Below, piece by piece: positions 27,571-41,681 of a stretch of 64,000 nt of DNA. Within the stretch, counting starts at the first letter, position 1. Each line of letters begins with the position of its first letter. This stretch comes from Lama guanicoe (lineage: Eukaryota), in NCBI GenBank assembly GCA_013239625.1, contig MU053083.1, positions 62,001 through 126,000 of the forward strand, read 5' to 3'. The position numbers and the translations under genes were made by a program. Below the pieces are notes generated by a model. It had not been told where the DNA came from. It saw only the letters and a list, made by a program, of their open reading frames with translations, and did no database searches.

Positions 27571-28872
27571 TCCATTCCCTCAACTAGCCTGTAACCACGT
27601 GAAGGGCACAAGCCGGAGATGGCGAGCCGCCCACCCGTCCATCAGCAGCTCCCCAGCCGGGCTGAGGCGCCTAAGTGGGAGGCACTGCCTCCTGAGTTCC
27701 CTGGGGGAGGAGCACGGACCTCGCTCCTGGGCTCCAGCCTTGTTGAAATTCTCCCCTGACCCTTCCTACCAGATGCTGAGGGTGAGGGGAGCAGTTCTCC
27801 TAACTCACTTCTTGGTGCCTTAAGCTTAACTTAGAAGCCAGGAGGGAGGGAAGATGGCATTTAAACATGACCAGTTGAAATCCAAACCTCACCATGACTT
27901 CTGCCCTTTAGCCAGCATCCCTGAGGCCTCCTTTCCTGCTTTTACTGCCAAAGGGGTCCAGCAGAGTTTGAGAGGTGTCTCTCTGATGGGAGTGCAGGTG
28001 GGTCCTCCGGGATCGGCGTGATCGTCTCCTCTTGGATTCTGTGTCGCAGTCCTGGTAGGTCACCAGCTAGTCTCAGCTGCTGTGCACAGGCTAGCGTCAT
28101 GTGTTGTGCTACTGTACTGAGGATGGCATTTTGAGGCTCTTTCTGCACAGGTTGGGAAGAGTCCTCTCCTGAGTCCATCATAACTCGTACCCACGTTGGC
28201 AGGAACCAGAGGGAGTGGGGTCGCTCAGCAGAGTCTGGGGGGGGGGCTCGTCACTCAGACCGAGAACCGGGAGCCTGTCTCACGCTCATCTTTTGCCACA
28301 CCTAGCACAGGGTCCTGTGCTCACTAGATTGGTTTATTCGTGGAATGATTTTGGTAAAGTAGCAGCCTTATTGAATATAATTCACACACTGTAGTTGAAA
28401 GTCCACAGCAAGTCTCCTTCCCTTTCCCAGCCTCTGGGCTGTGCTGGTCCAGTGAGTCAGGCTTGGGCAAGGGGGAGACAGAGGCCAGAGATAATTCTTC
28501 ATGAGCTTCGGGGTTTCCTGCGACTCAGATCTGAAAGCTCATATTTTACTGTGACCCACAACCACATGCAGGAAAGCCAGTTACTGTTGTAAGTTCCTGA
28601 ACACAGCAGACAAGCTTGGTGTAGAATTTTCATGAGGTTTTTGTGGGCATTGGAGAACAATACACAGTTGTGAACTCATCTGTCTTGTTTTAATGAGATT
28701 TTTCTTTCCAGGTACCATTTTTATCTCCAAATGAAAGCAGCTTTGGCTGATTCAATTTTCTTAAATAAAAAGAGCATTTCCACATAACCAGCTGAAGTTC
28801 ACACCCCACAAAAGGAGCCTTTCCTCTGCCCAGCTTCACCGGGAAACATTTTTCCCTGTTGCTCTCTTTCAG

Positions 28873-28957
28873 CGAGTCACAGACCTGGAGCAAGAAAATG
28901 CTCTCCTGAAAGACGAGAAAGAACAGCTTAACAACCAAATCCTGTGCCAGTCTAAAG
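28873..28957 (+). CDS. MYO5B: MYO5B exon ~23, 85 nt
   Basis: ctctctttcag|CGA GTC ... TCT AAA G|gtcagt; [28 protein letters not shown]. Confidence 0.95.
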
Positions 28958-29189
28958 GTCAGTACCGAAGTGCTTGATTTTTCATTGTGGATTTTAATTT
29001 CTTTTCCACACTGATCTTCCCCAAAGATTCTCTACCAAGCATGCAGTTAGGTGGGATGCTGCGGTGGGGAAAGGATTGTAATAGAAGAGAGCTGAAGAAA
29101 GGGTGCTTTTTAAGACCCTGCTGCTGACATTGGATTTCAACAGCTGAATGCAGCGAGACACACACATAATGGACAGATAATGCATGAGA

Positions 29190-29370
29190 TTTGGAGTCAG
29201 GGAGACTTTGCACTCAAGAGAATGACTGGACAGTGCTACTGCGTGGCCTTGAGCAAGTCCCTTAATGACGGTAGACCTCAGTTTCTTCCTCTGCAAAATG
29301 GATGTAAAGGTACAGACCTCAGAACATGACGTGCTTAGGATGGTGCTTGACACATAGTGAGTACTTAGGA
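29190..29370 (+). mobile_element. MIR SINE
   Basis: ttggagtcag...ccttgagcaagtcccttaa...cctcagtttcttcctctgcaaaatgg...gtgcttgacacatagtgagtact. Confidence 0.75.
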
Positions 29371-30184
29371 ACTGTCCTCATTGTTCTTTATCAGTTTATC
29401 TTTAGCATCCTTAGTACCTGGCGTGGTTTCTTCTACCCAGTGAGTCACCTGTTAATGTCTGCTCAAGAGAGCGTCGTGGGTCAGACCCCAGGTCACCCAG
29501 CTCAAGCAGCCACGACTGGGGGCCATCATCACCCCCATGTGCTGCTTGACCAAAGAGGAGCAGAGAATTCCAGTTCTCTGCTGACTCAGTGAGGCCTTAA
29601 GCAGGCGAACCCCCTTCCCGGTTCCCCCTCTTACCACGGGACAATTGAACCCCGTGAGTGCTCAGGCCCACCCAGCACTGTCTCGTTGGAAGCGTAACTG
29701 TTTTTTATTTCCCTTTACAAAGGGCTAGGTGCTGACAGGAAGAGTAAGTTTGGGTGGGGACAAGCCCATCCATGTTAGCTTTTTGCCTTCCCTCCTTCCC
29801 CTCACCTGACCCATGGCCTGATCTCCTCCTTGAATCTCCTTTAATCTCTCTGCACTCCGAGCACCTGAGAGACCAGGAGTAGGGAAGAAACTCTGGAACA
29901 GAACCTGGGTTCTTCCAGAAATGCTGCCGGCAGTGCTGTGACAGTTGTCGTAAGAGAGTCTGGCACATTAACCCAGGGAGTTGTCGTGTGTGCTGCCGGC
30001 TTCCCCCCACCCCTAGGAGCAGGTGGGCCCCCTCCCGCCCTGAAGGCTGGACCGCAAGTCCGGGCCTCCCTTGGCTCTGCAGCGGGGAGGGAGTGTCTGC
30101 ATTGTGAGCACATCCCAGGCAGCCTTTTAGCAAGAGGCTCGTCAGAAGGCACGAGTGAGCACCTGTGAGGGGCATCTGTTGTGA

Positions 30185-30481
<297 letters not shown>

Positions 30482-31446
30482 TGAACAGGGTCCCTTCCCC
30501 GCATCTGTCCTGGCCCTTCCCGCGGGTAGTTGTCACACACGCAAGTGGCTGGGCAGTGAGTCATTCCCAAGGACACTCATTTTCCAGCGCTGGGGTCTTA
30601 TGAAGAGCTCAGTTGGGACTTGAAGGAAAATTCCACCCACGTGTACGAGTCCTCTGTCTTGTTTCCCGCTCTGGGAAGTCCCTGTGTGGAAGCAGCGGCG
30701 CTGCTGGGCGTGCGCGCTGCGGGTGGGCCACAGGGGTCTTGTCGTGTCTCCTCATCGTCCACGCGATGCACGTACACAGGAACCTTTCCATATTTCAAGA
30801 TGTGTCATTCCTTTTTACCCCATGTAACTATTCCCTCCAGAAATGCATAGTCAAACAAGATTGAATAAGTTAATTGCATAGAAACCGGGAAGGGAAGCTG
30901 AATAGGAACATAATAGAAATCTAAAATTTTCCTACCGAGATCAGTTTTTGCTCTCAAAGCCAAATCAGATGCAAGGGGGAGAAAAAGTTATTTTTAAATG
31001 AAATGTATAAATGGTAACCTCTATTTCTGATACGCTTATTATTTTCAAAAACAGGATCGGTGGGGTGCAGGTTGAAGCAGGGGCCGTCAGGGGCAGGTGT
31101 GTAAGTCGGAGGCCAATCGCCCCGTCTCTGCACTTCAGGGCGATTGGTAGTTAAGAGTCATCTCCCAAGGACTTGCCAGAGTAATTGGACCCAGTGTTAG
31201 GGATTAGCATTTCGTTAAGAGACACGAGGGAATTCAGTCCCACTATGGAGTTGTGTTCTCTTCCAAGCATCATTTTGTTGCCTAGCTGGATAGATGACTT
31301 GTAAGAACTGTAGGTGAAACTTTTTGAGGGAACAGCTGTGTTTAGCCTTCATTCCAAGAAACGGTGACACCTGTTCTCATTGACAAATAAGACAAAAGTC
31401 CAACTCTAGTGCCTGCTGCTATTTGGAAAGTAATAGTTCTTACTAA

Positions 31447-31725
<279 letters not shown>

Positions 31726-33397
31726 TGACAGCAGGGCACTCGGACTGCAGTGGGCTTATAGATGGTTCTCTGGAGTCAGTAGTTACTGAGCAAGGTGATA
31801 CATTATCGTTCATCCCACCCACTCTCCATAAAGTAAGATCCCTGATTCCTCTTGCAAAACTGAGGACCCACTGCAAAGAGGTAAAACAGCTAAGTCATTA
31901 AAAGAGGGGTAACTTATCATCCCCATTTGGTATCACAGTGCACATAGTATTATCAACAGATAGATGCACAAGAAAATGTGCCCCTTGCCTTAGAAGCTGG
32001 ATAAAATTAGAGGCCAGCAACCAATACTTGAAACAACAGATATTTGCTGAATGACTGCATCTTTGTCAGTAATAGCCTCCTGGAGTCACTAAGTAATGAA
32101 GCCCACAGTGGTCTTTATGGTCTGTAATTTTATCAAAGGTATGCAGACACACGATTTTTCCTCTGGCATTTGAAAAGCAGAAAATCACAAGCACACAAAC
32201 CCTAATGAAGCACGTGAAGACAGATGTGGAAAAGAGACGGTTATAAAAACAAACGTGCTCTGAGCATGTCCTTGTGCCGGGCACTGCTGGCAGGTGCTGG
32301 AGGAGCAGCAGTGACCGAGCCAGAGAAGGTCCCTGCCCTCACGGAGCTTGTCTCATGGAGAGTTGGACACTGATCAGTTGATGGAAAAAGCAAGTACTGT
32401 TAAGTGCTGTAAAGGGAAGTGAAGGATGCTGAGAGTCGGCGAGCGATGGAATAAATGGTGGAAGGATAGAAAAGGAGGTCACCCGGGGAAAGGTCTGCCT
32501 GCTGGACAGTTAGCTGTGGTTTGCTGCCCACCGCCATGCACTTACTATACAATTTCATAAATGCTGGCTTCAGGCCCTTGGTTTTGCTTTGCAGTCTCCT
32601 AAATCTGGGTCTCGGAGGCTTTGGTTAGCCTGAACTCCAGATGCACCACCCAGTTGTTTGTTTATGTGCAGACGTAAGCACTTCCATCCGTGGATTTATA
32701 TTCTTCGAGGAAGCTGAGGCTGCTTCTTGGGACTGGCCAGAGCAGCGAGCATCATGCTGGCTCAGCATGGAGCACTCGTTAGGTGCTGGCTGAACCAAAT
32801 TATGTTTTCATATATTTACACACATGTACTTTGAGAATCCACATGGATATGCTTGTGCAGAGCCACGTGTGTGTACATGCACACCTGCACGTACAGGCCC
32901 TGGAGGAGAAACCGGGCATGAATCTGAAGGAAGAGAGCTACTGGGAAACTGTGCCTTAGGATCTGTTGGGTAAATGGGTTCCATGGCAGGACAAGTGTTG
33001 GTTCTGTTTCAAGGTGCAGTCAAGTGGTGGTTGACAGCACATTTACAGTGGTTAGTAACCACATCGATCCTTCATCAGGAAGTTTTACAGTTTTTCTAGT
33101 GTAAGACCGTTTTCCAGAAGTGAGCTCTTCAAACTTCCAAGTAAAATGGCTGCTTCTTTATCCATTTGTCCTTGGGATACATGACCAGTCATTCTGAGTG
33201 GCTCATACAGGCAGAATACAAATGGCGGAGCCTCCCATGCTATCTAGACATGATGAGCCTGGAGCGCCAACTATCACATTGGCAATGACGGTTGGTTGGC
33301 CTTGGCTTTGTATCTGAGGCGTGGATTGATGTTCAGGAGGGAGAGGGAGGACAGGACAGCTGACAGACCGACAGTGAGGCTGCTGCCTACTCGCTAA

Positions 33398-33787
<390 letters not shown>

Positions 33788-36253
33788 TAATCTTAGAGAA
33801 AAACTGATGCCCTTTCATACCTGGAAGCTGGCGTGGACTTGAGTTTAACCCTGTGGGGTCAGGGCAGACCAAGTTTGCAGTCACTCACCCCCCTTTCCCA
33901 GGACTGCACCCTCGCCGCAGTCCACATTGTCATCAGTATCTTGGGTCTTGAAAAGATACTGTTTGAAACCTTAGTGTCCCCAGATGTATCACTCCATCTC
34001 AGGGACCCGTTGGGCACCTGTGCTACGCCCAGCGCTGTGCTGGTGCCAAGCTCTTAGAGGGCTTCAAAGTGCTGATTAAATCAGGGGATACAGGCGTAAG
34101 GGGAAGCCCCAGGTTGACTAGATTACACATTTGAGGAATGTGTGACCTAGTTCAGAAAGACCAGACATGACACAGGTGAAAGATGAAAAATAACATCAGT
34201 AGTACTGAAATAAATGCAAGGCTGAGCACAGACAGAGCGGTGCTGCAGGGGCAGAGAGCCCGCCGCAGTCAGCAGCGATGCAGAGATGAGAGCCCTTTCT
34301 TGTCAGGACCACTTCTAATGGGATACGAGGCCACTTCTGGCATGGAGCACATCATTCGCTGACCTCACAGTGCGTTTGTAAAAGGCCTTTGGTCTGTTCT
34401 CAGGCCTGCATCGCCCACTGTGAGGGTCGATGTCCTCTCTGCACCCTCAGCCCCCCTCCCCAGCTCCATCCCCTACTCCTGTCTCCTTTGGTTAACACCC
34501 GACTTCCCTTTCCAATCAGATAGGATACAGATGCTGATCTGTATTACTGGTAAATTCTTGGGTTTTTGCCTGAGCAGTAAGTAGCGGTGGGGGAGGAGTA
34601 AATCTTGCTGATGGATTTAAATCTCTCAGGTGGATTAGATTCAGAATGGAGAGCGAAAAGATTAGGTTTATAAATGACTCGTTCAATTAGAGGAGAAGCT
34701 GCTCTGACAGGCGAGTACAAATCAAGGAGATGGAAAGCTGCACAGACATCAGACGGTGCTTGGCGTCCAAGTTCCCAGCCGCCCCGCTGCCCCTGAAGAC
34801 AGGCTCTCTGGGCAGACCCACCACGGAAATGCCAAACCATTTTCGAATCTTGGCTTTAGGACTTCTGCTTGTCTTGATACCAAATTTTAAAAAATGATAG
34901 TTCTCCCATTAAAAAATAATCGCTGAGCATGGGGTAGAACTGCAGGCCTGGTGCGCAGCCCTGTGACGAGGATCGAGGATCTCTGTTTAAGAAGAATGAC
35001 TGTTTCTTCCAGAGCACAGTAAGAAGGGCGGAAGTGGGGCAGAGGAGAGTGTGGGCTCCCACTGCAGAAACCCTGACGCCCAGCTTTCAGGGCTCCTGTG
35101 CTTGCATCTGCCCTCGGTCCCAAGAGGAATTTTGAGCCACTTGGGTCTTTCTTCTGGAGCGACATGGCCAAGATCTCACTTACAGACGGGGCCAGGCCCT
35201 GAATGGGGGATGACTGGGAAGTCTGTAGGGAGTCTGTGAGTGGGGGAGTGACTGAGCCTGATGTGAGGATGGGGCCCAGGGACGGCCAGCCAGGCTGACC
35301 GTGTATCTGACTTCCTATCCATCCAACTCCCCGTCCCTGGGCCTCACAAAGTCACCGTGGTTACCTGAGGGATTCCAGTGCACTGTCCACTTAGAAACAT
35401 AATTGCCAGTCCACCTTAATACAGCTCCACAGATCTGAACAGATGATCTCCATTTTCCAAGAACCTAATGTGCTCAACAGTAATCTGTGGTCATGTGGCA
35501 AACCCGTGCCACGTAGAACACAAGGGCAGGCCTCTCCGCGGGGCAGCAGGCTACGAGCTGACCCCGAGCAGTCACCTCTCCTACCACCGGGGGTGGCGGG
35601 AGATGGGGCAGAGACTGGTACCCTGGAGAGCTGTTTTCCCGGGCTGCGGGCTGGAAACAGTGCAGTGGTCCTTGGCCTGGAAGGGCCTGCAGGAGGGGCT
35701 CAGAGCCATCCCCAGTCTCCAAGCCTGGGGCGCACCTGACCCACCCACAGCTGGTGGTGGCCTTACCTTGGACTTCAGGTCACCAGCGCTGTGGATAAGC
35801 TAATTAAGCACTGCCAGGTTTTAGCTCTAAAAACTCATCTTATCAGGGACTATCGCCCACTACTTGAAATCACCCCAAGCAGTTAACCATTTATGAAGAC
35901 GTTTCTACCCCTTCTCATTGGACACGTCAAGTCCGATAGCTGCCAGACAGCTGCAGGAGCCCCTGGCTCAGCTGAGTCCTGACGGCTCACGTCGCCGTCC
36001 ACCCCCACCAGCTCTGCAGGCGCGGCGTCAGCCGGCGTGCGTGGTGCACCGTAGCGGGCCCGCTGTCGGACTCCCCGTGGGAGTGATGTGGAGGCAGCAG
36101 GCTTCTCCACGAGGTGCTCAGAGGACTTAGTTGGGAAAATAGAGTATAACGTGTACACACGCATCCCAGAAACCTAGGAGGAGCTCATTAACCTCCTAAT
36201 AAGTACATGATTAACATATATTAACCTTCTTAACAGGCACGCAAATCTAGCCA

Positions 36254-36635
36254 TGCTAGTTTCCAAGGGCTGCCAAAACAAAGGACCGCAAACTAGATGG
36301 CTAAAAACAACCCGGATTTATTCTCTCGTAGTTCTGAGAGCAGAGGTCGGAAATTAAGGTGTCAAAAGGGCCGTCGTGCTCTCTTGGAGGCTTTTAGGGA
36401 TGATCTGCTCCATGCCTCTCTCCGAGCGTCTAGGGCTCCTGGAAACCGTTGGCGTTCTGACTTGCAGCTGCCGAACTCCAGTCTCTGCCTCCATCTTCAG
36501 TTAGCATGGTGTTCTTCCCTGTGTGGGTGTCTTCTCCCCTTCTTACATCTGCAAAGACCCTGTTTCCAAATTAGATTACAGTCACAGGTAGCAGGAGCGA
36601 GGACTTGAGTGTGTCTTTGTACGGGACACAGCGTT
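36254..36635 (-). mobile_element. MLT1-type (ERVL-MaLR) LTR
   Basis: tagtttccaagggctgcc...atttattctctcgtagttctg...aaattaaggtgtc...actccagtctctgcctccatcttc...catctgcaaagaccctgtttccaaat. Confidence 0.85.
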
Positions 36636-36900
36636 ATGCACATTCACCCCGTGGGTGCTTGTAAAGATCCTATGAATCAAGTTACGTAGGGGCGAGGAGG
36701 GAGTTATTTATGGAGAGCTTCGTGGTGGCCCCGGGGGTGAGCTGCGTTTCAGAGGCAGGAAGGAAGTGGGCATACGGGGGCTGGGAGTGCTGGGTTCCCG
36801 TGCAAGGGCAAAGCAAGCACGCCTTGGCCGTAGCTGGAAACCCTCCTGCGGAACAGCTGCCCTGAAGTCCGCGCTCAGCTCTGCCTCTTTATCTGTGCAG

Positions 36901-36966
36901 GTGGAACAACCAAAGAATGACCTAGATTTGGACCAGGATGCAGATCTGGCCTACAACAGTCTGAAG
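36901..36966 (+). CDS. MYO5B: MYO5B exon ~27, 66 nt
   Basis: atctgtgcag|GTG GAA ... CTG AAG|gtgaga; VEQPKNDLDLDQDADLAYNSLK. Confidence 0.93.
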
Positions 36967-37159
36967 GTGAGATTCCTGGAAGGCGAGCTTCCTTGAACTG
37001 TCTCCCTTGGAGGATTGGTGACGCAGGCTGGGCAGCGGCAGATCCGTCCCAAGCTCCCGGCTGCCAACGAGGGAGCCGCAGGCACGCAGTCCTCTTCCCA
37101 CACTGAGTTTCTTCATCTCTGAGATGAAAGAAAGTCTGTATTTACCCCAGGACCTGAGG

Positions 37160-37970
37160 TGTAGGAACTATAGTATATGCTAGGAGGACCCTGCTCCCTC
37201 TCTGTAGGACACCCCGACACAAAATTTGAGTTCCACACCAAGCCGTTCTCCAGTTCTCTGGACACCAGCTAGGTGTCCTGCAATGTAATTCAGTTCTGCC
37301 ACAAACTGCCCAGAGCTAACACAGACCATGCTGGTTAGGGGCTCCCCAAAATTGCCCCACTTCACATGCCCGTCACGTTAGTGAGTCCCCAGAAGCTTGC
37401 TACAATTATGGGTTCCCACCATGTTTGACCATTTGTTAGACCGGCTCACAGAACTCAGGAAAGCATTTGACTTACGGTTACTGCTTTACTCTGAAGGATA
37501 CAGCCCAGGAAAGGCCAAATGGAAGAGGGGCAAGGTGTGTGGGAGCAGCCTGGAGCTTCCAGCCCTCTCCCCACACCTCTACCTTCACCCACCCGAAACC
37601 GCCCCCAGTACAGGAATGGTTGATTAAATCCTTGGCCTTTGGCGTTTAATTCAGCCTCCAGCCCTCCTCCTCCCTTTCCGAGGTCGATGGGTGGGGCTGA
37701 AGGCTCCATAGCTTGGTTCCTCCGGCAGCCGGCCCCCAACCTCCTGGAGTCATCTTGGCATCAACTCTGCTGGGGTTGAAAGGGGTTACTATGAATAACA
37801 CAAGACAGCTCTAACCCCTGTAACACTTAGGAGCTCTGTGCCAGGAACCAGGGACTAACACCAAATATAACAAAAGACGTTCCTTTCACCCCTGACGCTG
37901 GGAAGTTTCAAGAGCTTTAAAAGCTCTGCCAGGAACCCGGGCGAGGGGCCAAATATTTGTTATGTCATAT
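37160..37970 (-). mobile_element. MER21-like (ERVL) LTR
   Basis: ggacaccagctaggtgtcct...ggctcacagaactcaggaaa...gattaaatccttggcc...ggtggggctgaa...aggagctctgtgccaggaacc motifs; family and strand from memory. Confidence 0.75.
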
Positions 37971-38579
37971 GTGTCTTACTACCTGATACAGTTTCAGTTA
38001 AAATAAAATGTGGCCAGTGGAGTGAATTCACTTTGAGGACAACCCAGACTAGCATGGAGAGATGCACTGAGAGGGCTCTCCCGGTGAACCGTGTACGGAA
38101 GAGCGGCATTAGATAGAGCATCTTCACTCCCCTGTCCTCTTTCCCGGAGACTTGGGAATTGGGCATGTATCCAGTCTGCCAGGGTCGGTCAGTCTGGGCC
38201 CACTTACAGGACCACAAACGACTCCGGTAACAGTCATACTGCTCAGGAAAACAGCCCTGAACCATTCCTGTAGCTTTCTGAACAACTAGGGCCACACTCG
38301 TGGTATAAGGAGACAGTGCTTTGTAGGGTTTTCCTTTCTGAAATACTGATTAGACTTATTTTCCTCATATGATATTTAAAAGATTTAAACCCTTCCACGG
38401 GGCAGGGGGAGTCTCTTGCTGTGATAGATGCCTGTTACAGGGCCCTCTGTATGCCATTCTTCAGCTGCCTTCCTGAGGAAGGCTTAGCCCCAGAGGTGGG
38501 AAAGGAACACGTGACCTTCTTAGGCTATTGGGGCATCAAGCTCACCCATCATTTTAAAGCTGGTAAAATGGCCCAGCCC

Positions 38580-38750
38580 CCGTGGGTCTCCAGGACTGGT
38601 CCTGGGACCAGCAGCGTCACTGGGAATGTGCTTGAAATACAGATTCTTGGGCTCCAGCTGAATCAGAAGCCCTTGGGGGCTGGAGGGTCCAGCAATCTGT
38701 GCTTTAATCTGCCCTGCCGGGATCCCGCTGCCCCCTCAGCTTGGCACCCA
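38580..38750. mobile_element. MER5A-like hAT DNA transposon
   Basis: ggtcctgggaccagcagc...gaaatacagattcttgggc...ctgaatcagaa...ccagcaatctgtgctttaa. Confidence 0.75.
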
Positions 38751-39564
38751 CGTTCCAGTCCATCAGTGAAGCACTGGCTCTGTAAAGAAAGTGCAGCCAG
38801 TGCCCACTTATCCATGTTCTTGCTTTCCTGTGGGAAATTTTGAGTCCTGTATATTCCAGAGTTCTATCAGCAGTTTATATATAATTATCAGACTGTAAAT
38901 TGTCTGACTTCATCTCAAACACAGAGCAGAACATTTTACCTAGAAAATTTTAAATACATCGCAAAATTGAGTTTCACTGGTATTTTTGACTCTGTATACA
39001 GGCAATTTTTTTTCTCTGGTAGCATTGCCAGCTGGTGACTTTCTGCATGACCAAAACGATGGTCTTGGTACATTCTCCAAAACATTAGGCCGTGTGATGT
39101 TCCTTAGAAGAAAGAGGGGTCTCTCTAGACAAATGAATTTAGGATATCCGGCATTTCTTAGTCTCTCTTGGAAAGTCAAAAAGTACACTAACATATTGGA
39201 GTTCTAGGAAGTCCTGTGTTAAAATGTTGTTTAAAATTATTAACCCGGTGCTTCCACAAGGAAGGGTTTTATAGCCAAATCATGCTTAGAAGTACAAACA
39301 CCATCGAATCACTTAGGGGAACGAGACCTTAGAGGCATCGTGTCAGATCCTTGACCCCGTTAGCTTGGGGTTGTGGGTTCAAATCCAGACCCCAACTTTG
39401 GCTGCTTGCTGATGTCATCAGAAGCTCTGCTGTGGGTCCCTTTGTTAAAGCGGGAAGGTTGCTCTTAGCTTCCCAGGAGGTCAGCAGGTGGTTAAGGAAG
39501 GGGGGGAGGAGGCCGCCTGGGGGATCCAGGCGGTGATGGAGGGTGTCTCCGGGCTGCCTTCCAG

Positions 39565-39804
39565 AGGCAGGAGCTGGAGTCGGAGAACAAGAAGCTGAAG
39601 AATGAGCTGAACGAGCTGAGGAAAGCCGTGGCTGACCAAGCCTCCGAGCACACCGCCGCCCGCGGCGCCCCCGACGGCTACAGCCTCCTGCTGAACCAGC
39701 TCAGGGTGGCCCACGAGGAGCTGGAGGTGCGCAAGGAGGAGGTGCTCATCCTGCGGACCCAGATCGTGAGCGCCGACCAGCGCCGCCTGGCCGGCAGGAG
39801 CCCG
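39565..39804 (+). CDS. MYO5B: MYO5B exon ~28 (tail exon A), 240 nt
   Basis: ctgccttccag|AGG CAG ... AGC CCG|gtaacc; [25 protein letters not shown]...[30 protein letters not shown]. Confidence 0.95.
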
Positions 39805-40616
39805 GTAACCAGACGGGCCTGTTGGGGGCGGCCCTGGGGGGAGGTGTTTTCTCTCATGCCTTTACTGGGGGGGGGTGTTAAACCTAAAAGGGCGGAGTCT
39901 TCTGCTCTGGAGTCTGTTCTAACAGCAGAGCAAGCGACTCACTGTCCTCTCAGCGTGACTTTCCATGGGAGACTTCGCTGGAAGTTTCTAGAATCCTGTG
40001 AAGTTACTCAGTAGGAATGTGTTCAAAAAGAACAAGGCACAGAATTAGAGGAAACCAGGGCCACGGCCTGAGCAGCCCCCTTGGCCTGGTTTTCCAGCTC
40101 ACACCTTGCCCCTTGCTACTTGCTTTGTTTCCAAAGTAGAGAAAGTCCCTCCTCCCTTGTGGCCCTCCCAGGGCAGCAGGTCCAGCTAAGCCTTTGTTCC
40201 AGTGTTTCCACCTCCTGCACAGGCTGCGGAGCGGGAGGCAGGGGCCGGAGGCCACCTGGGCCACGCTGGGCATGGGCCCTGGGGTGCGACGGGGCTGGGG
40301 CAGGTCAGCAGCACTGAGTGTGGAGTCAAAACTGAGACAGACTTCAGCACATCTTCTGGATTTGGGTGCTTTCTCCTCCAGGGACACTGTCCTCGCCTCC
40401 TTCCCCCACCACGCCGCACTCCGTGCCTCCACAGCCAGACCTTCTGTGTACCGACTCTTGCACTGGGATCTTTAAAATCACATTTCTGCCTGGGTCAAAC
40501 TTCCTGGGCCTTCGTCTTTTCCCAGAGGCTTGTTTTAATGCCTCTGTGTGTAGTCACGTTATGGCAATTGTTTGTATTAACTAGAGATACTTAGTTTTCA
40601 TTCTGGGACCTTCTAG

Positions 40617-40718
<102 letters not shown>

Positions 40719-41379
40719 TAGGTCGCACCCCGCAGTAACTGAGCCTGGAAGAGGCGACGGGGAGGGGCCCTGCCCAGCCTGGTACACGAGGCTGCTCCTC
40801 AGGCCCAGACCTGCGCTCAGCGTCAGGGTGAAACTTGGTCTAGAGATAAATGAGGAGCAGCCTCAGTGAGTCTCACGCGCTTGGAAGCTACTGCTAGCTT
40901 CAGCAGGACTCCATAACATAGCTGGAGCGTCCAGAACCCAGGTCCTCTGAAAAACACTGGGGAAGGTGCTCTGGGAGGTTGGACAGGAGGAAAGGGAAGG
41001 ACTGGCTGGGAGTGACTTCTCGGTGGAACGGAAGGAGGCACACGGCGAGCCCACTGAGTCATAGGCGGGGCCTGCTCTAGCTGTCACCTCACTGCCATCT
41101 TCGCCCAGCTCGGCCAGTGGGCGTACACCGGGGTGGCCCCACGCGCAATCACTTCAGAGTTAGGCACTGTAGAGGTTGGATGGGAGAATTCCATCTCTTC
41201 TTGGCTAAAATGAGACTTCCCTGGATTTCAGTGAACAGACCACCTCTGGTTCCCCCTCCAGGATGAGCTGCCCAGGGTTAAGGCAAAAGAGAGTGTCTGA
41301 TGCAAGCAGCAGGGCCCTGGGGATGCAGGATGGAATAGGGACCCGGGGTAGTGCAGCAGAGCCTTGAGTGTGTCACTGC

Positions 41380-41510
41380 TTCACAGCCGCTCAGTGCCTC
41401 AGTTTCCTCATCTGTGAACTGGGGACAGTCAGAGCAGTGTGCCGCAGGTGGTGACCACGATGAGGTTATCCTGTGCAAAGCCCTCAGAGCAGTAAACATC
41501 AGTGCTGTTA
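41380..41510 (+). mobile_element. MIR SINE fragment
   Basis: ctcagtgcctcagtttcctcatctgtgaactgggga...tgcaaagccctcagagcag. Confidence 0.75.
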
Positions 41511-41661
41511 TAGCCACTGTCACTACCTTTACCTCCTTATGCCCCGTGGGCAATGTGGCCTTTTCTCTGGCTCCGTTTCTCTCTTCCCTCAGCTAATTGA
41601 ACACCAATCAGTCATTAAGCATTTCTTCAAAACTGCTGATCACAGTACGTGCATCCAGAAG

Positions 41662-41681
41662 TTGTCAGTAGGTGGCGCTAC
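41662..41681 (+). promoter_or_regulatory. CTCF-like motif
   Basis: TCAGTAGGTGGCGCT matches CCASYAGRKGGCRS except at the first position; motif only, no binding data. Confidence 0.55.

Noticed and set aside
39805..40616. Equivalent of the MYO5A 9-nt exon B (DDK)
   Set aside because: I found no AG-flanked DDK-coding microexon with a donor in this intron.
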